A stretch of 55,005 nucleotides of DNA from a virus (IMGVR_UViG_3300031539_000039:1-55005), one strand, 5' to 3'; counted from the stretch's first letter, positions 1 through 9,124 are shown. The notes: generated by a model from the letters alone, not told the origin. Numbers and translations are program-made.

Positions 1-11
1 TCTGGAGCCTT

Positions 12-137
12 CTGGTTTTATGGTTTGATGTACGAGAAGGCTCCAGATGCCTGCGAGATGTTACTGGAGGCGTTGAATATGCCGATGAAATGGTCACTGA
101 ACAATCTGATCATATACATAGAGCACCCACTATTCCG
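12..137. repeat. Terminal direct repeat (left copy), 126 bp; circular assembly overlap
   Basis: 12-137 is identical to 54880-55005, and an ORF reads through the junction. Confidence 0.95.
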
Positions 138-198
138 TGGAGCCGCTAACGGATACTGGTACCCGGAGAAGAGAGAGGTACACTGGAGGTCAGAGTAA
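13..198 (+). CDS. 3' part of DUF483-like Cys-rich protein that begins at 54251 and wraps the origin
   Basis: In-frame continuation WFYGLMYEKAPDACEML...REVHWRSE*; TAA at 196-198 overlaps the next ATG (TAATG). Confidence 0.85.
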   Translation, partial: WFYGLMYEKAPDACEMLLEALNMPMKWSLNNLIIYIEHPLFRGAANGYWYPEKREVHWRSE

Positions 199-665
199 TG
201 CTGCTCGATATACAGCTGAATCACTTTGGAAGAGGTTCGTGCACTATCAATCCCAGTCAACGACTCGTCAAAATAGGAATTGATCTGGCCTTGCAAGAGT
301 GGATATTAAAACACACAGGACTGATGTATCCGAATCCGAAAACCTATGCCTTTCCGTCCTATGCCTCATATATGGAATACAGCATAGCCCACGTTATTGC
401 GCACGAGGCTCTACATCAGGTTATCTACGATGAAGAAGGCTTTAGAGCCTGTAAAATGCTAGACAACGTTGACCAGTATGGAACCATGACGATGAGATAC
501 GGATATGAAGAGGACGTGTACTGGGGGATACAGTTTCGAAGAGTCCAATGGTGGAGGATATTCGACAATGATTTTGTGTTGAGGTATGACCTCCTGAAAA
601 AATTTGATGAGGCTCAAAGTAGATTGCAGGATAGGTTTGATAGGCAGGTGGAATTAGATAAATAA
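198..665 (+). CDS. HExxH-motif protein (zincin-like metallopeptidase or HExxH tailoring enzyme)
   Basis: IAHVIAHEALHQVI motif; translationally coupled to the upstream gene. Confidence 0.65.
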   Translation: MLLDIQLNHFGRGSCTINPSQRLVKIGIDLALQEWILKHTGLMYPNPKTYAFPSYASYMEYSIAHVIAHEALHQVIYDEEGFRACKMLDNVDQYGTMTMRYGYEEDVYWGIQFRRVQWWRIFDNDFVLRYDLLKKFDEAQSRLQDRFDRQVELDK

Positions 666-1362
666 CGCAGAGAAGAATCACATCCTTTTAGGTATGGACT
701 CCTGCCGATGGGATTCATTTACAATAGCAGATACACCGAACATAGACTCCCTAGGGAAGGCCATAAAGGTTCACTCGCCCGCAGGATGGACAGCGCCATC
801 AATGTTTCATCTGCTGACAAATGCACCATATTTCGGAAATCCTCGAACGAGATTCGTCCCTACCGAAAAAGGGGTCATCTGGGTTCCAAAGACTATGGCT
901 CAAAAGGGCTATCACAACGTCTTCTTTACCCCAAACCAAGTGATATACAAATACACTCATGCATTCCGACAGGGATTTCATGAAGTGGATTGGTACTGGG
1001 GAGAGTTCAAATATACGGCTAACCGTGACGTGGATAACGTAATTCGGGTCTTAAAAGAAGTAGAACAACCTAAATTCATACTAACCCTCTGTATGGCTAC
1101 ACACAAACCATTTGCATATAAAAAGGACCTTCCGAAAGAGTTTTTTGAGTCACCCACGCAAGGGATAGAATTTCAGGTTAGATCGATCGAGTCCTTAGAT
1201 AAGGAATTCGGTAGGGTACTGGATGTAGCCGAGAACGCCATCATAACCGTGTATTCAGATCATGGAACGTTGTTTAAAGAGTTAGAGGGCTATGACGGAC
1301 ATGGTCAGTGGCTGATGCATCCCAAACTGTTCGAGGTGCCGTTCATCCGTGGTAAAGTTTAG
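658..1362 (+). CDS. Alkaline phosphatase/sulfatase-superfamily protein (Thr-nucleophile type, possible phosphoryl/phosphoethanolamine transferase)
   Basis: NHILLGMDSCRWD metal-site strand, WTAPS, THKPF, SDHG..GH, VPFI. ORF track starts at ATG 694, but the first beta strand needs the ATA at 658 behind AGGTGG. Confidence 0.75.
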   Translation: MNNAEKNHILLGMDSCRWDSFTIADTPNIDSLGKAIKVHSPAGWTAPSMFHLLTNAPYFGNPRTRFVPTEKGVIWVPKTMAQKGYHNVFFTPNQVIYKYTHAFRQGFHEVDWYWGEFKYTANRDVDNVIRVLKEVEQPKFILTLCMATHKPFAYKKDLPKEFFESPTQGIEFQVRSIESLDKEFGRVLDVAENAIITVYSDHGTLFKELEGYDGHGQWLMHPKLFEVPFIRGKV

Positions 1363-2113
1363 CGGAGTATTCAGGTGTTATAAAAGACCTAACCTCACAG
1401 AGTTGTGCCTCCGAAGGATTATGGAGATGATGGAGCCGTATGACTTTGAACTCATTATGCTCTACGATGGTGACGACGAGAAATATATCAACCGTATGAA
1501 ACGGTTCTGTGATTTCAGTCACATAGTTTCAAATCCAAATAAGAAATATACGTTGGGGGAGCAGACAAACAAGGCAGTTGACTTATGTAGTGGTAGATAT
1601 TTCATGCACTTCGAAAACGACTACTATTGGGTTCATGGGTGTATGGAAGATGCGGTGGAGGCCATGAATTACGTGGATGTCGTTCGGTTGACGATGTTCC
1701 CCTTCAGCCGGAATAATTGTGAGAAGACCATGGGGAACATCGGGGTGTTTAAGGCAAATGTGGGTTACAGATTTAGTTTGAATCCACACCTTAGAAAAGA
1801 GAGATACCCTGTTGGTAGATTCTCACATACTGGAAGCTGGGTCGTCGAACCAGAGTATGTGGAGAGATTCAACAAGTCTGATAAGGTTGGAGGGTGTCTG
1901 TTGAAAAACAACTTTATCCATCTCGGCTTATATAATTCAAACGGACATTTCAGCCCAGGGCACACATCTTATTTCTTAGGATACAACTGGAGAAAACAAC
2001 AAGATGAACTTGATCCCGTCAGAACATTCACCTCTATCTGTGACAACGAAGAGTATATAGAATTATTCGGGGAATATTTACGTAGTAGTGGTGGAGAGAA
2101 ATGGTTGAACTAA
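1349..2113 (+). CDS. Glycosyltransferase, GT-A fold (GT2-like)
   Basis: CYKRPNLTELCL, LYDGDD, N.A....SGRYFMHFEND (DxD-like), FSLNPHLR, FIHLG. Confidence 0.75.
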   Translation: MVKFSGVFRCYKRPNLTELCLRRIMEMMEPYDFELIMLYDGDDEKYINRMKRFCDFSHIVSNPNKKYTLGEQTNKAVDLCSGRYFMHFENDYYWVHGCMEDAVEAMNYVDVVRLTMFPFSRNNCEKTMGNIGVFKANVGYRFSLNPHLRKERYPVGRFSHTGSWVVEPEYVERFNKSDKVGGCLLKNNFIHLGLYNSNGHFSPGHTSYFLGYNWRKQQDELDPVRTFTSICDNEEYIELFGEYLRSSGGEKWLN

Positions 2114-2865
2114 ACGGTAAGTTATTCGATGTAGAAAACATGACCACGCAACAGCGTGATAGAGGACTAGAGATAGTTCTGGAAAACTGTGGAGAACAAG
2201 CAGAGGTTGTCCTCTGTAGCCTCACAGGATCAAGAGCCTTCGGTTGGGGCGGGGACAGATACGATATGGACATCCATGGAGTGATCGCATCCCAAGGGCC
2301 TGGTTGGGACAATATGCATACCGGTAAGTTCGGTTACGACATCTCGATGTACAACTTCGACGTGTTCCTGATGGGTATGAGAGACCGGTGGATACTGTAC
2401 GAGAATTTATCAAATCCAATCTTCATTCACAAAGACTTCGACTTCAAAGGATTCCTATCCTTCTGCTGCCCGTTCCATGTCAAGCACCAGATGGGCACCA
2501 TAGAGATGGAGTTGCATACTTTGAGAAACAAGGAGACAATGCGAAAAGCCTTACACTGCTACCGACAGTTGGCCAATTCGCTGTGGTTCTTACAAACCGG
2601 TGAGGTACAGATTGATATAGGGAAAATTTATGAGAAATTCGAGATGGGTGAGTTTCCAAAGCTCTGTGAGTTTTACAAGGCGAGACAGTTAGGAGCTAAG
2701 TTAGACTGGCAGAAGATTTGGGCTGAACTGGGTGGATTGAAAGTTCAGATGGATCAACTGTTGGAAGAAAAACAAGACATATTTGATAAGGAGAGATTTG
2801 AGGAGTGGAAACAAGAAATGGTGGTGAAATTTATTGACTACAATATCAGGCGTCCTAACTTTTAG
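2101..2865 (+). CDS. Pol-beta superfamily nucleotidyltransferase (YcgL/RlaP-like) with helical C-terminal domain
   Basis: LTGSRAFG..DRYDMDIHGV signature (hG[GS]..DxD); KALHCYR..L..GE. Confidence 0.8.
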   Translation: MVELNGKLFDVENMTTQQRDRGLEIVLENCGEQAEVVLCSLTGSRAFGWGGDRYDMDIHGVIASQGPGWDNMHTGKFGYDISMYNFDVFLMGMRDRWILYENLSNPIFIHKDFDFKGFLSFCCPFHVKHQMGTIEMELHTLRNKETMRKALHCYRQLANSLWFLQTGEVQIDIGKIYEKFEMGEFPKLCEFYKARQLGAKLDWQKIWAELGGLKVQMDQLLEEKQDIFDKERFEEWKQEMVVKFIDYNIRRPNF

Positions 2866-3664
2866 GAACTGCATCAAGACAGGGTATCCATTCCTGGAGG
2901 CCATCCTATCTGTCCTACCGATAGTAGATGAGTATCGGATAAATGACGGCGGATCAATCGATGGCACTAAAGAGTGGCTACAAAAACTGAAGGATGTATT
3001 CCCAGATAAGATCATACTTTACGACATGCAAGACTACCCATCAGATAGATGGGAGTGTGTTAGTGAGCAATATAATAAAATGATCGAGGACTCAACTGGA
3101 GACTGGATGTTTCAAGGTGACGCGGATGAGGTAATCCATGAGCAAGACATCGGCGCCCTCAAGGCTGTAATCGAAAACATCTCTGATGATGTGGATGTAC
3201 TAAGGTTCCCAAGACGAGAAATTGGAGGATGGATGAGACTATCAGGTGCCGATAAACCATACCATCCATGTCGAGCGGTTAGAAACATTCCCGGGCTATA
3301 CCAAAAATGGGAGAGCCACGGCGGCGATGAGTTCTTAGACGAAGCCGGATGGATAAAAGAGCCGCGAAGACAGAAAAGCGATGTAATGATTTGGCATTTA
3401 TATACGGTTTTCCCGGGGAACAATATGGAGAAATGGAAAAATGACGCAACATACGTTGCAACCGGTGATGATCATAGAGTTAGGATATTCGAAGAACGTA
3501 AGAACAAGAGATGGTCTTCAGGTATAGATAGAGTCATCGTTAATCCAATTCCTAACTTACCGGCACTTGTGAAGGATATGGTGGGATGGGATAAATACAA
3601 GGTTAGAGGGACGCTTTTAGATATAGATTGGTTGAATTTTGTCACTGGTCTACGTTACGGTTAG
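2834..3664 (+). CDS. Glycosyltransferase, GT2-like
   Basis: ISGVLTFRN...YPFLEAILSVLPIVDE..INDGGSIDGT; GDWMFQGDADEVIHE. Confidence 0.85.
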   Translation: MTTISGVLTFRNCIKTGYPFLEAILSVLPIVDEYRINDGGSIDGTKEWLQKLKDVFPDKIILYDMQDYPSDRWECVSEQYNKMIEDSTGDWMFQGDADEVIHEQDIGALKAVIENISDDVDVLRFPRREIGGWMRLSGADKPYHPCRAVRNIPGLYQKWESHGGDEFLDEAGWIKEPRRQKSDVMIWHLYTVFPGNNMEKWKNDATYVATGDDHRVRIFEERKNKRWSSGIDRVIVNPIPNLPALVKDMVGWDKYKVRGTLLDIDWLNFVTGLRYG

Positions 3665-4821
3665 ACATCTGCATGTATAACAAAGGGTGGGCTGTTAGTA
3701 TGTGGGGTATCGCTGAAAGGTGTGTTGCTGTGAACGTTCATGAACGGGAAGTTAACATGACTCGGATTATCAGCAAACGGAATGTTTGAGTGGTCGCCAT
3801 GGGGCGGAAAGTTTACGTGCGATGGGTTATCGGCAAACGGAACGTTTGAGTGATCACCGTGAACTGGAAAGTTTATGTGGTTATCAGAGTAGAAGGGAGT
3901 ATTTGAGTGATCACTATGAGCTGGGAAATTTACATGGCTGTCAGGATATGCTGGGGTATTTGAATGGCTATCCCTGAACGAGGTATTACTGAAGGGGCTA
4001 TTTGAGTGGTCATTGTGAGCAGGAAAGTTTACGTGGCTATCACTATAGGTAGGAACGTTTGAGTGGTCACTATAGGCTGGAAAATTGACGTGACCAACAT
4101 CTGAGTGGTTAGAGTGTGCCTGATCAGTAAATTCATCACTATGTGACGTATCAACATACGAGTGGTCAGAATGGCCTTGATCAGAAAACGCATTACTGTG
4201 TGCTGTGTTACTAAACGGTCTATCTGAATGATCGTTACTATGTGCCGTATCAGTAAACGGATGGTTACTATGAACTTGGTCAGAATAGTCATTACTATGT
4301 ACTGTATCAGAGAAAGGATGGTTAGAGTGTACTTGGTCGATATATTCGTCACTATGGGGCGTATCTCCAAACGGTTGATTAGAGTGTACTTGGTCAGTAT
4401 ACTCATTACTGTGAGGATTATCTCCAAACGGTTGATTAGAGTGTACCTGAACTGGAACATTGCTATGAGGCAAATCTCCGAATGGACAGTCCTGATGCCC
4501 AGTTTCCCGTAGCAACCTGAAAGCCCTTGGCACTCCAGCCGTCGGCTGATAATCCCACGCACTGGCCGATGGATCCGCTCGGGGGACCGTATAAATGGAG
4601 TAAGTTGTTATATTCTTGTGAACACGGGGAACTCCACCAACTCCACCAACTTCCTCAGCTGGGAGGACTAAGCATATTTCACTATTCGCTGAGTTATAAT
4701 GATCGCAGTCACTATGGCAGACATCTTGGTGAGGTGGGCCAGCAACGTCAGCAAATGGAATGTTGGAATGCACTACATCACCGTGATGGTGAATAAACAG
4801 ACCGCGATACATAGTCGGCAT
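3661..4821 (-). CDS. His/Asp/Asn-rich repeat protein with ~64 aromatic-x-D/N triplets; last gene of tail operon; candidate rSAM substrate or fibre
   Basis: Repeats HSN, HSD, HVN, HGD, FGD, FSD, FAD, YSD, YTD; starts 12 nt after the tail hub gene; stop overlaps the stop of the convergent GT. Confidence 0.85.
   Translation of the reverse strand: MPTMYRGLFIHHHGDVVHSNIPFADVAGPPHQDVCHSDCDHYNSANSEICLVLPAEEVGGVGGVPRVHKNITTYSIYTVPRADPSASAWDYQPTAGVPRAFRLLRETGHQDCPFGDLPHSNVPVQVHSNQPFGDNPHSNEYTDQVHSNQPFGDTPHSDEYIDQVHSNHPFSDTVHSNDYSDQVHSNHPFTDTAHSNDHSDRPFSNTAHSNAFSDQGHSDHSYVDTSHSDEFTDQAHSNHSDVGHVNFPAYSDHSNVPTYSDSHVNFPAHNDHSNSPFSNTSFRDSHSNTPAYPDSHVNFPAHSDHSNTPFYSDNHINFPVHGDHSNVPFADNPSHVNFPPHGDHSNIPFADNPSHVNFPFMNVHSNTPFSDTPHTNSPPFVIHADV
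3670..4500 (-). repeat. Coding tandem repeats: ~19-aa units (PFxDxxHSNxYxDQVHSNx) followed by ~20-22-aa units (SHVNFPxHxDHSNxPFxD)
   Basis: 57-bp period visible in DNA, e.g. TATCTCCAAACGGTTGATTAGAGTGTAC at 4362 and 4419. Confidence 0.9.
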
Positions 4822-4833
4822 TCAGTCTTCCCT

Positions 4834-7800
4834 CTAAAGGTCGTTCCTCAACCAGATGTCGCCACTCGCAAGAGCCGCAGGATCTGCACCAACAGATGGA
4901 ATCCGGAGATTATCAGCCACCTGCACCTTATCGGGGAGCACCCATCCAGTCATGTAGGTGTACTGGGCCCCTCCGCCGGGAACAATGTAGATGTCGTCTC
5001 CTGCACCTGATGTGAGAAGAAGATCCTCTGCTGAGGCTAACTGAAGATAAGGATTAGCCCCGCCTATGCCGTAAACCCATCCACGGAAGACCCCCGCAGC
5101 ATCATTGAAAAAGATGAAGGTTCCGTTGATTGTTATACCCAACGCATCAAGTATGACTGTACCGCCACCAGCGAGAATCTTTCCATCAGTGGCTTGGAAG
5201 AGTGCCTGTAATGCTCCAGCTGCACCCTTTCCTTTAATACCATTCCGAGTGATGATAACTCCAGGGTCCCCAATCCCATCCGTCCAAGAGACTCCATCAG
5301 AAGTTTTCATTATCTTACCTATCAGAGCGTCACCAGTGAGCAAGATGGTATCTATTACCCCAGCACCCAAGAAGTCAAGAGTTTTACTCCCTCCTCGGGT
5401 GAATACAGGGAATATAAATGGTTCTTGCCCAGCTGCAGTGGTCACCCTGGCAATTATTCCCACTGTATCTCCTACAGCATTGGCATATGTGTTAGTCAGT
5501 GTAACTCCAGCACCCGTAGTGAATATCGCCCAATAGGTGTTATCAAGAGCAAGTGTATGATCAGTTCCATTAGCAATGTTTTGAGTTGTTCCATCTGCAA
5601 ACCAAACTGCAGGAGCAGCCCCCGTCCATTTAACTGCGTCAGTAACCGATACAATCATCTGCTCATCGTCAGTATTGTCCGCACCCGCAAGGGTGGTAGT
5701 TAAGGTGACTGATGCTCCTCCGCCTCCAACAGAATCTACTATTTTACCAGTACAATTATGTAACCATGGCGGCTCAGAGTTTTGAATTAATATCACATCT
5801 CCAGCGACGAAGTCTGAAAATGGTATCCCAGCAGATGCAGTGATTACAGCCTTCCCGGCACCATTATCAACATCAATATCAAGAGTCACAGTACTAGTAG
5901 CCACTACTCTGATGGCTTCAACTAGTACTGCACTATCAAATGGCTGTATACCTTTCTTTAGCTGTGTCGCGGATAGGGTTCCCGAGATGGTTGTCGCGGC
6001 AAAGTTGATCAGCGTCCACACGCCGGTCCACTCGTACCAGAGATCGTTAGTAGTGTCGTGCCACGTATCCCCGATAACTTCTCCGTTTGCAGGCGGTCCA
6101 GGAAAGGCCCGGTGCATGGTGATAGGGCCACGTACCCAAATCCCAGCGGTTTCATCCCACCGGTACCAGACGCCCTCATTGCCGTAGTAAACTCCCGGTA
6201 CACCTACATCCGTCGTGAGGTGGTGCATGTCCTCGTTGACAGGGTCAGTTGGGAATGCGGCTCCCTCGGTGAACCCCATACGGTCGCCCGTCAAGATGTC
6301 CCCAAGGAAGAGATCCCAGTCATCCATAGAGCCCTTGAACCCACGGTTCTGGCGGCGGAGCTCAGCGAGCATAGCGGCGTTAGGGTCCGTCGACCTGATA
6401 ACCCGGCCCGCATCAGCGTCAGTCGACACAAGATCGTAGGTCGTCCAGAAGTCGAATCCCCTAACATCAGACTTCTTTCTGAGGATGTGCTGAAGCCGGA
6501 CGATGATGTACTTCGTTAGTGCGTCTACCCCATGCTGGGGTGCCCGTACATGTACATATTGAGCCGCGTACAGGGTATCCACCTGGCCCTTAGCGACGGC
6601 CTTGAACTTAACTAGGGGATACCGCTTCATGAGCAGCACCCGGTCGCCATATGCCTTCAGCTGGGGCATCGACCGGAGCTCGTTACGGTACTCAGGGTAC
6701 ATCCTGTCATCGTACAGGCCTCTGCTCCCTGCATCCGCTGTAGTGTATTTCGCCTCTAGGCTGGGGATCGTCCAGCCGTCGATCCACACTATCCCGTTCT
6801 CGGCGTGAGGGTACTTGAAACCCATCTGAACTACATTATTCCAGTTAAACGGTGCCACCGATCCGGCGGCGAAGGTCCAGTAGCCATTCATCTCGGCACC
6901 CGTGGCCCTGATCGGGTTACCGTCGTGGTCCCCAAGGGGGTACGTGATCACGCTCCACTTACCGGCGCCAATATTCCAGTCTGGAATGTCTTCGGTGATG
7001 CCTTTACTCCCAGCCCCAGACTTCCTCCGGATGAACACAATCTCCTTCCCACCATCATCTACCAGGAATGGTCTGAAGTTGAACCGATCTTCAGCATCTC
7101 TCTCGCCTTTGATAAGCACCTTCGCCTGACAGAAAGGGGACAGGTCAATGGAGCCGGTGTAGCCGTATAGTGTACCCGCGAAGTTCAGGTAGGCGCTTGA
7201 GGCGCCAGTACATGTCAACTCGATGCTGCCGAGGCCGTAGATGAAGTGGGTGGTAGTTTCGCTGGCGATAGCCCCGCCACCGCCGGCGGTCCAACCTGTG
7301 GGGTTCTCCTCGGTGTAGTGGTCCTTGACGTTTCCGGCGGAGATCTCAATGATGTTCCTAATATCCCCGCCCTCCTGCTCAAACTCGTCGAAGGAAAGCA
7401 GGTTGTTTGTGGGGTCCCCAACTAGGCTGATGAGGTCAACGGTGGAATCAATGGTGCCTGATGCGAAGATATGAAGCTCGTTAGCGTTGTCAATGTAGGA
7501 GTCGTATGCCATCAGGTCACATATCTCACGAACAGCGTCACAGAGGAAGGTTCTCTTTCCCTCATACTTGATGCTCGGGGTTCCACCTGGGTCTGCATAT
7601 GTCCAGGGGTCGTTTGCTCCTCCAAACATGGAGAATATGTCGAGGAGTATCGCCCCCCCTGGCTGGGTTTTGTACTTCTTCGTGAAGTAAAGGTCAGCCC
7701 CATACCGACCGTAATCCGTGCCAGTTATTAGGAGTTCATTGGTATAGACTCCCTTCTCAGTCAGGTATGGCACCACGTCCTTAACCTTGCCCGCGAATAT

Positions 7801-7986
7801 TGGAGCCCCATTGATGGCGAGGGCGATCGCGTCGTTTGAGGCGAATGTGCCGCCCCAGATGTCGGCCGGGTTCGCCAGCCTTATCTTGCAAGTGCCAATG
7901 TTGTTAACCTTGTTCTTCTGAACATCAGAATCCACCACATAGTTACTGACAACGTTCCCGCCTATCGTGCACGTCGTGTCAGTCAT
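4834..7986 (-). CDS. Tail tip/baseplate hub protein with fibre-like C-terminal extension
   Basis: N-terminal hub pattern (GTCKIRLAN...IFAGKV...ITGTDY...YID..NELHIF), carbohydrate-binding-like insert, Gly-rich beta C-terminus, GDTWHD/GDIWL motifs; position after tail genes. Confidence 0.7.
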   Translation of the reverse strand: MTDTTCTIGGNVVSNYVVDSDVQKNKVNNIGTCKIRLANPADIWGGTFASNDAIALAINGAPIFAGKVKDVVPYLTEKGVYTNELLITGTDYGRYGADLYFTKKYKTQPGGAILLDIFSMFGGANDPWTYADPGGTPSIKYEGKRTFLCDAVREICDLMAYDSYIDNANELHIFASGTIDSTVDLISLVGDPTNNLLSFDEFEQEGGDIRNIIEISAGNVKDHYTEENPTGWTAGGGGAIASETTTHFIYGLGSIELTCTGASSAYLNFAGTLYGYTGSIDLSPFCQAKVLIKGERDAEDRFNFRPFLVDDGGKEIVFIRRKSGAGSKGITEDIPDWNIGAGKWSVITYPLGDHDGNPIRATGAEMNGYWTFAAGSVAPFNWNNVVQMGFKYPHAENGIVWIDGWTIPSLEAKYTTADAGSRGLYDDRMYPEYRNELRSMPQLKAYGDRVLLMKRYPLVKFKAVAKGQVDTLYAAQYVHVRAPQHGVDALTKYIIVRLQHILRKKSDVRGFDFWTTYDLVSTDADAGRVIRSTDPNAAMLAELRRQNRGFKGSMDDWDLFLGDILTGDRMGFTEGAAFPTDPVNEDMHHLTTDVGVPGVYYGNEGVWYRWDETAGIWVRGPITMHRAFPGPPANGEVIGDTWHDTTNDLWYEWTGVWTLINFAATTISGTLSATQLKKGIQPFDSAVLVEAIRVVATSTVTLDIDVDNGAGKAVITASAGIPFSDFVAGDVILIQNSEPPWLHNCTGKIVDSVGGGGASVTLTTTLAGADNTDDEQMIVSVTDAVKWTGAAPAVWFADGTTQNIANGTDHTLALDNTYWAIFTTGAGVTLTNTYANAVGDTVGIIARVTTAAGQEPFIFPVFTRGGSKTLDFLGAGVIDTILLTGDALIGKIMKTSDGVSWTDGIGDPGVIITRNGIKGKGAAGALQALFQATDGKILAGGGTVILDALGITINGTFIFFNDAAGVFRGWVYGIGGANPYLQLASAEDLLLTSGAGDDIYIVPGGGAQYTYMTGWVLPDKVQVADNLRIPSVGADPAALASGDIWLRNDL

Positions 7987-8540
7987 GGTAAGTTCTCATC
8001 TCCTATATCCCATGACATGATGGCTGGTTCCGAGGGTGAAACCGTGTATCTAACGTACAGTGCCCGCATGTAATCCTCTGCCGCCGCGAAGAAGTCTCCC
8101 TTAGACTTCTCAACAGACGCCTCCCAGTCAGTCACCCAGCCAGTCTGCTCCCGGCTCAACATCTCCCACTCATCATGCGTAAGATCAAGACCATCCCGGA
8201 CCATGGTCTCATGGGCGCCTCGATCCCGAATGATCTGCTCCTCCATCCTTGCGAGCTTATCGACTAGGGTCATAATAACCTGCACGAGAAGCAGTGCCGC
8301 AGCGATTGGGCCAAGCCCTATGCCCCCCGCCTCTAGGGTGGTACCCAGTGCTTTAATCCTCTGTTGAAGCATGTTCGCCTCCCTGAGGAGGGGCAGCTGT
8401 GTGAGAACCGCCTTTGTGCTGGCGTCGAGTTTAGCTGTATCTACATCCATCTTCTTTATGCGTGTCATCGATGTGTCAAGTTTGCCGGTGAGTGCAGTTA
8501 ACTCGGTGTCGTCAATCTGGATGTAGATTCTTTCAGTCAT
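7983..8540 (-). CDS. Short helical protein with hydrophobic segment, in tape-measure position
   Basis: Coiled-coil N-terminus, GGIGLGPIAAALLLVQVIMTLV; directly before the hub gene. Confidence 0.5.
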   Translation of the reverse strand: MTERIYIQIDDTELTALTGKLDTSMTRIKKMDVDTAKLDASTKAVLTQLPLLREANMLQQRIKALGTTLEAGGIGLGPIAAALLLVQVIMTLVDKLARMEEQIIRDRGAHETMVRDGLDLTHDEWEMLSREQTGWVTDWEASVEKSKGDFFAAAEDYMRALYVRYTVSPSEPAIMSWDIGDENLP

Positions 8541-8923
8541 GTTACCACGCTCATCTTCTCTTTATGTAGCCTTCTCTCTAGGCATTCAAGTGGGTTCTGC
8601 CACGTCAATATACATCGACATGGGGCGTTGAAAAACCGGGAGGGATCACGTGCGTGAACCCGAGGATAAACGGTATAGTTACTTGCGTCAAGATTATAGT
8701 CAGGGAAGAAGGTGGGGATGGTGTCTCCTCTGAATGTTCTATCCCTCCCAAACGCCGCACAGACAGGGCACACCCTGAGGTCCTCCATTGTCTCGTAGAT
8801 CCACACCTCGTCGGCCTGAAAGGCTGGCCATCCCTCAGCGGCGCGGAGCCGCACCGTTTTGCTGACGGTCAGAGCTTGTTGTTGGACGGCTTCGAGAGAG
8901 CCGCGGATAATCATCTCACTCAT
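8537..8923 (-). CDS. MuF/SPP1 gp7-like Zn-binding domain protein
   Basis: WIYETMEDLRVCPVC...FRG...PRVH...PCRC. Confidence 0.65.
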   Translation of the reverse strand: MSEMIIRGSLEAVQQQALTVSKTVRLRAAEGWPAFQADEVWIYETMEDLRVCPVCAAFGRDRTFRGDTIPTFFPDYNLDASNYTVYPRVHARDPSRFFNAPCRCILTWQNPLECLERRLHKEKMSVVT

Positions 8924-9114
8924 GCTTCAGGCCCCCACCAGAAGCCGGTGTACCCAGGCAGAGGGCGAGGCATAATCGAATCCATGAACTCTGTGATCTC
9001 ATCCACCGTCTTCTCCATCGCCTCAGCAGCGGGGACGCCCAGGAGAAGAGGGACCTCCAGTTGATATTGAATAGCCTCATCTACGCGGCCTCGGGCAAGC
9101 AGAGCCGCCACCAC
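8920..9114 (-). CDS. Small tail-region protein (possible tail assembly chaperone)
   Basis: Fills the gap between tail tube and next gene; GTG start at 9114 or 9111 preferred over the overlapping 9246 start. Confidence 0.45.
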   Translation of the reverse strand: MVAALLARGRVDEAIQYQLEVPLLLGVPAAEAMEKTVDEITEFMDSIMPRPLPGYTGFWWGPEA

Positions 9115-9124
9115 ATCCCTAAGC

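Noticed and set aside
1-47. 13-bp inverted repeat (1-13 vs 35-47) as a hairpin telomere
   Set aside because: Bases 1-11 disagree with the circular continuation at 54869-54879 and interrupt an ORF; most likely a fold-back read or assembly artefact.
658-1362. rSAM/SPASM as an anaerobic sulfatase-maturating enzyme for the neighbouring sulfatase-like gene
   Set aside because: The protein has WTAPSM where the (C/S)xPxR formylglycine motif should be, so it is not an expected anSME substrate. Disfavoured rather than excluded.
3670-4500. DNA repeats as a CRISPR array or DGR template/variable repeat
   Set aside because: Periods are multiples of 3 with protein-level conservation, there are no unique spacers, and no reverse transcriptase or cas gene is recognisable.
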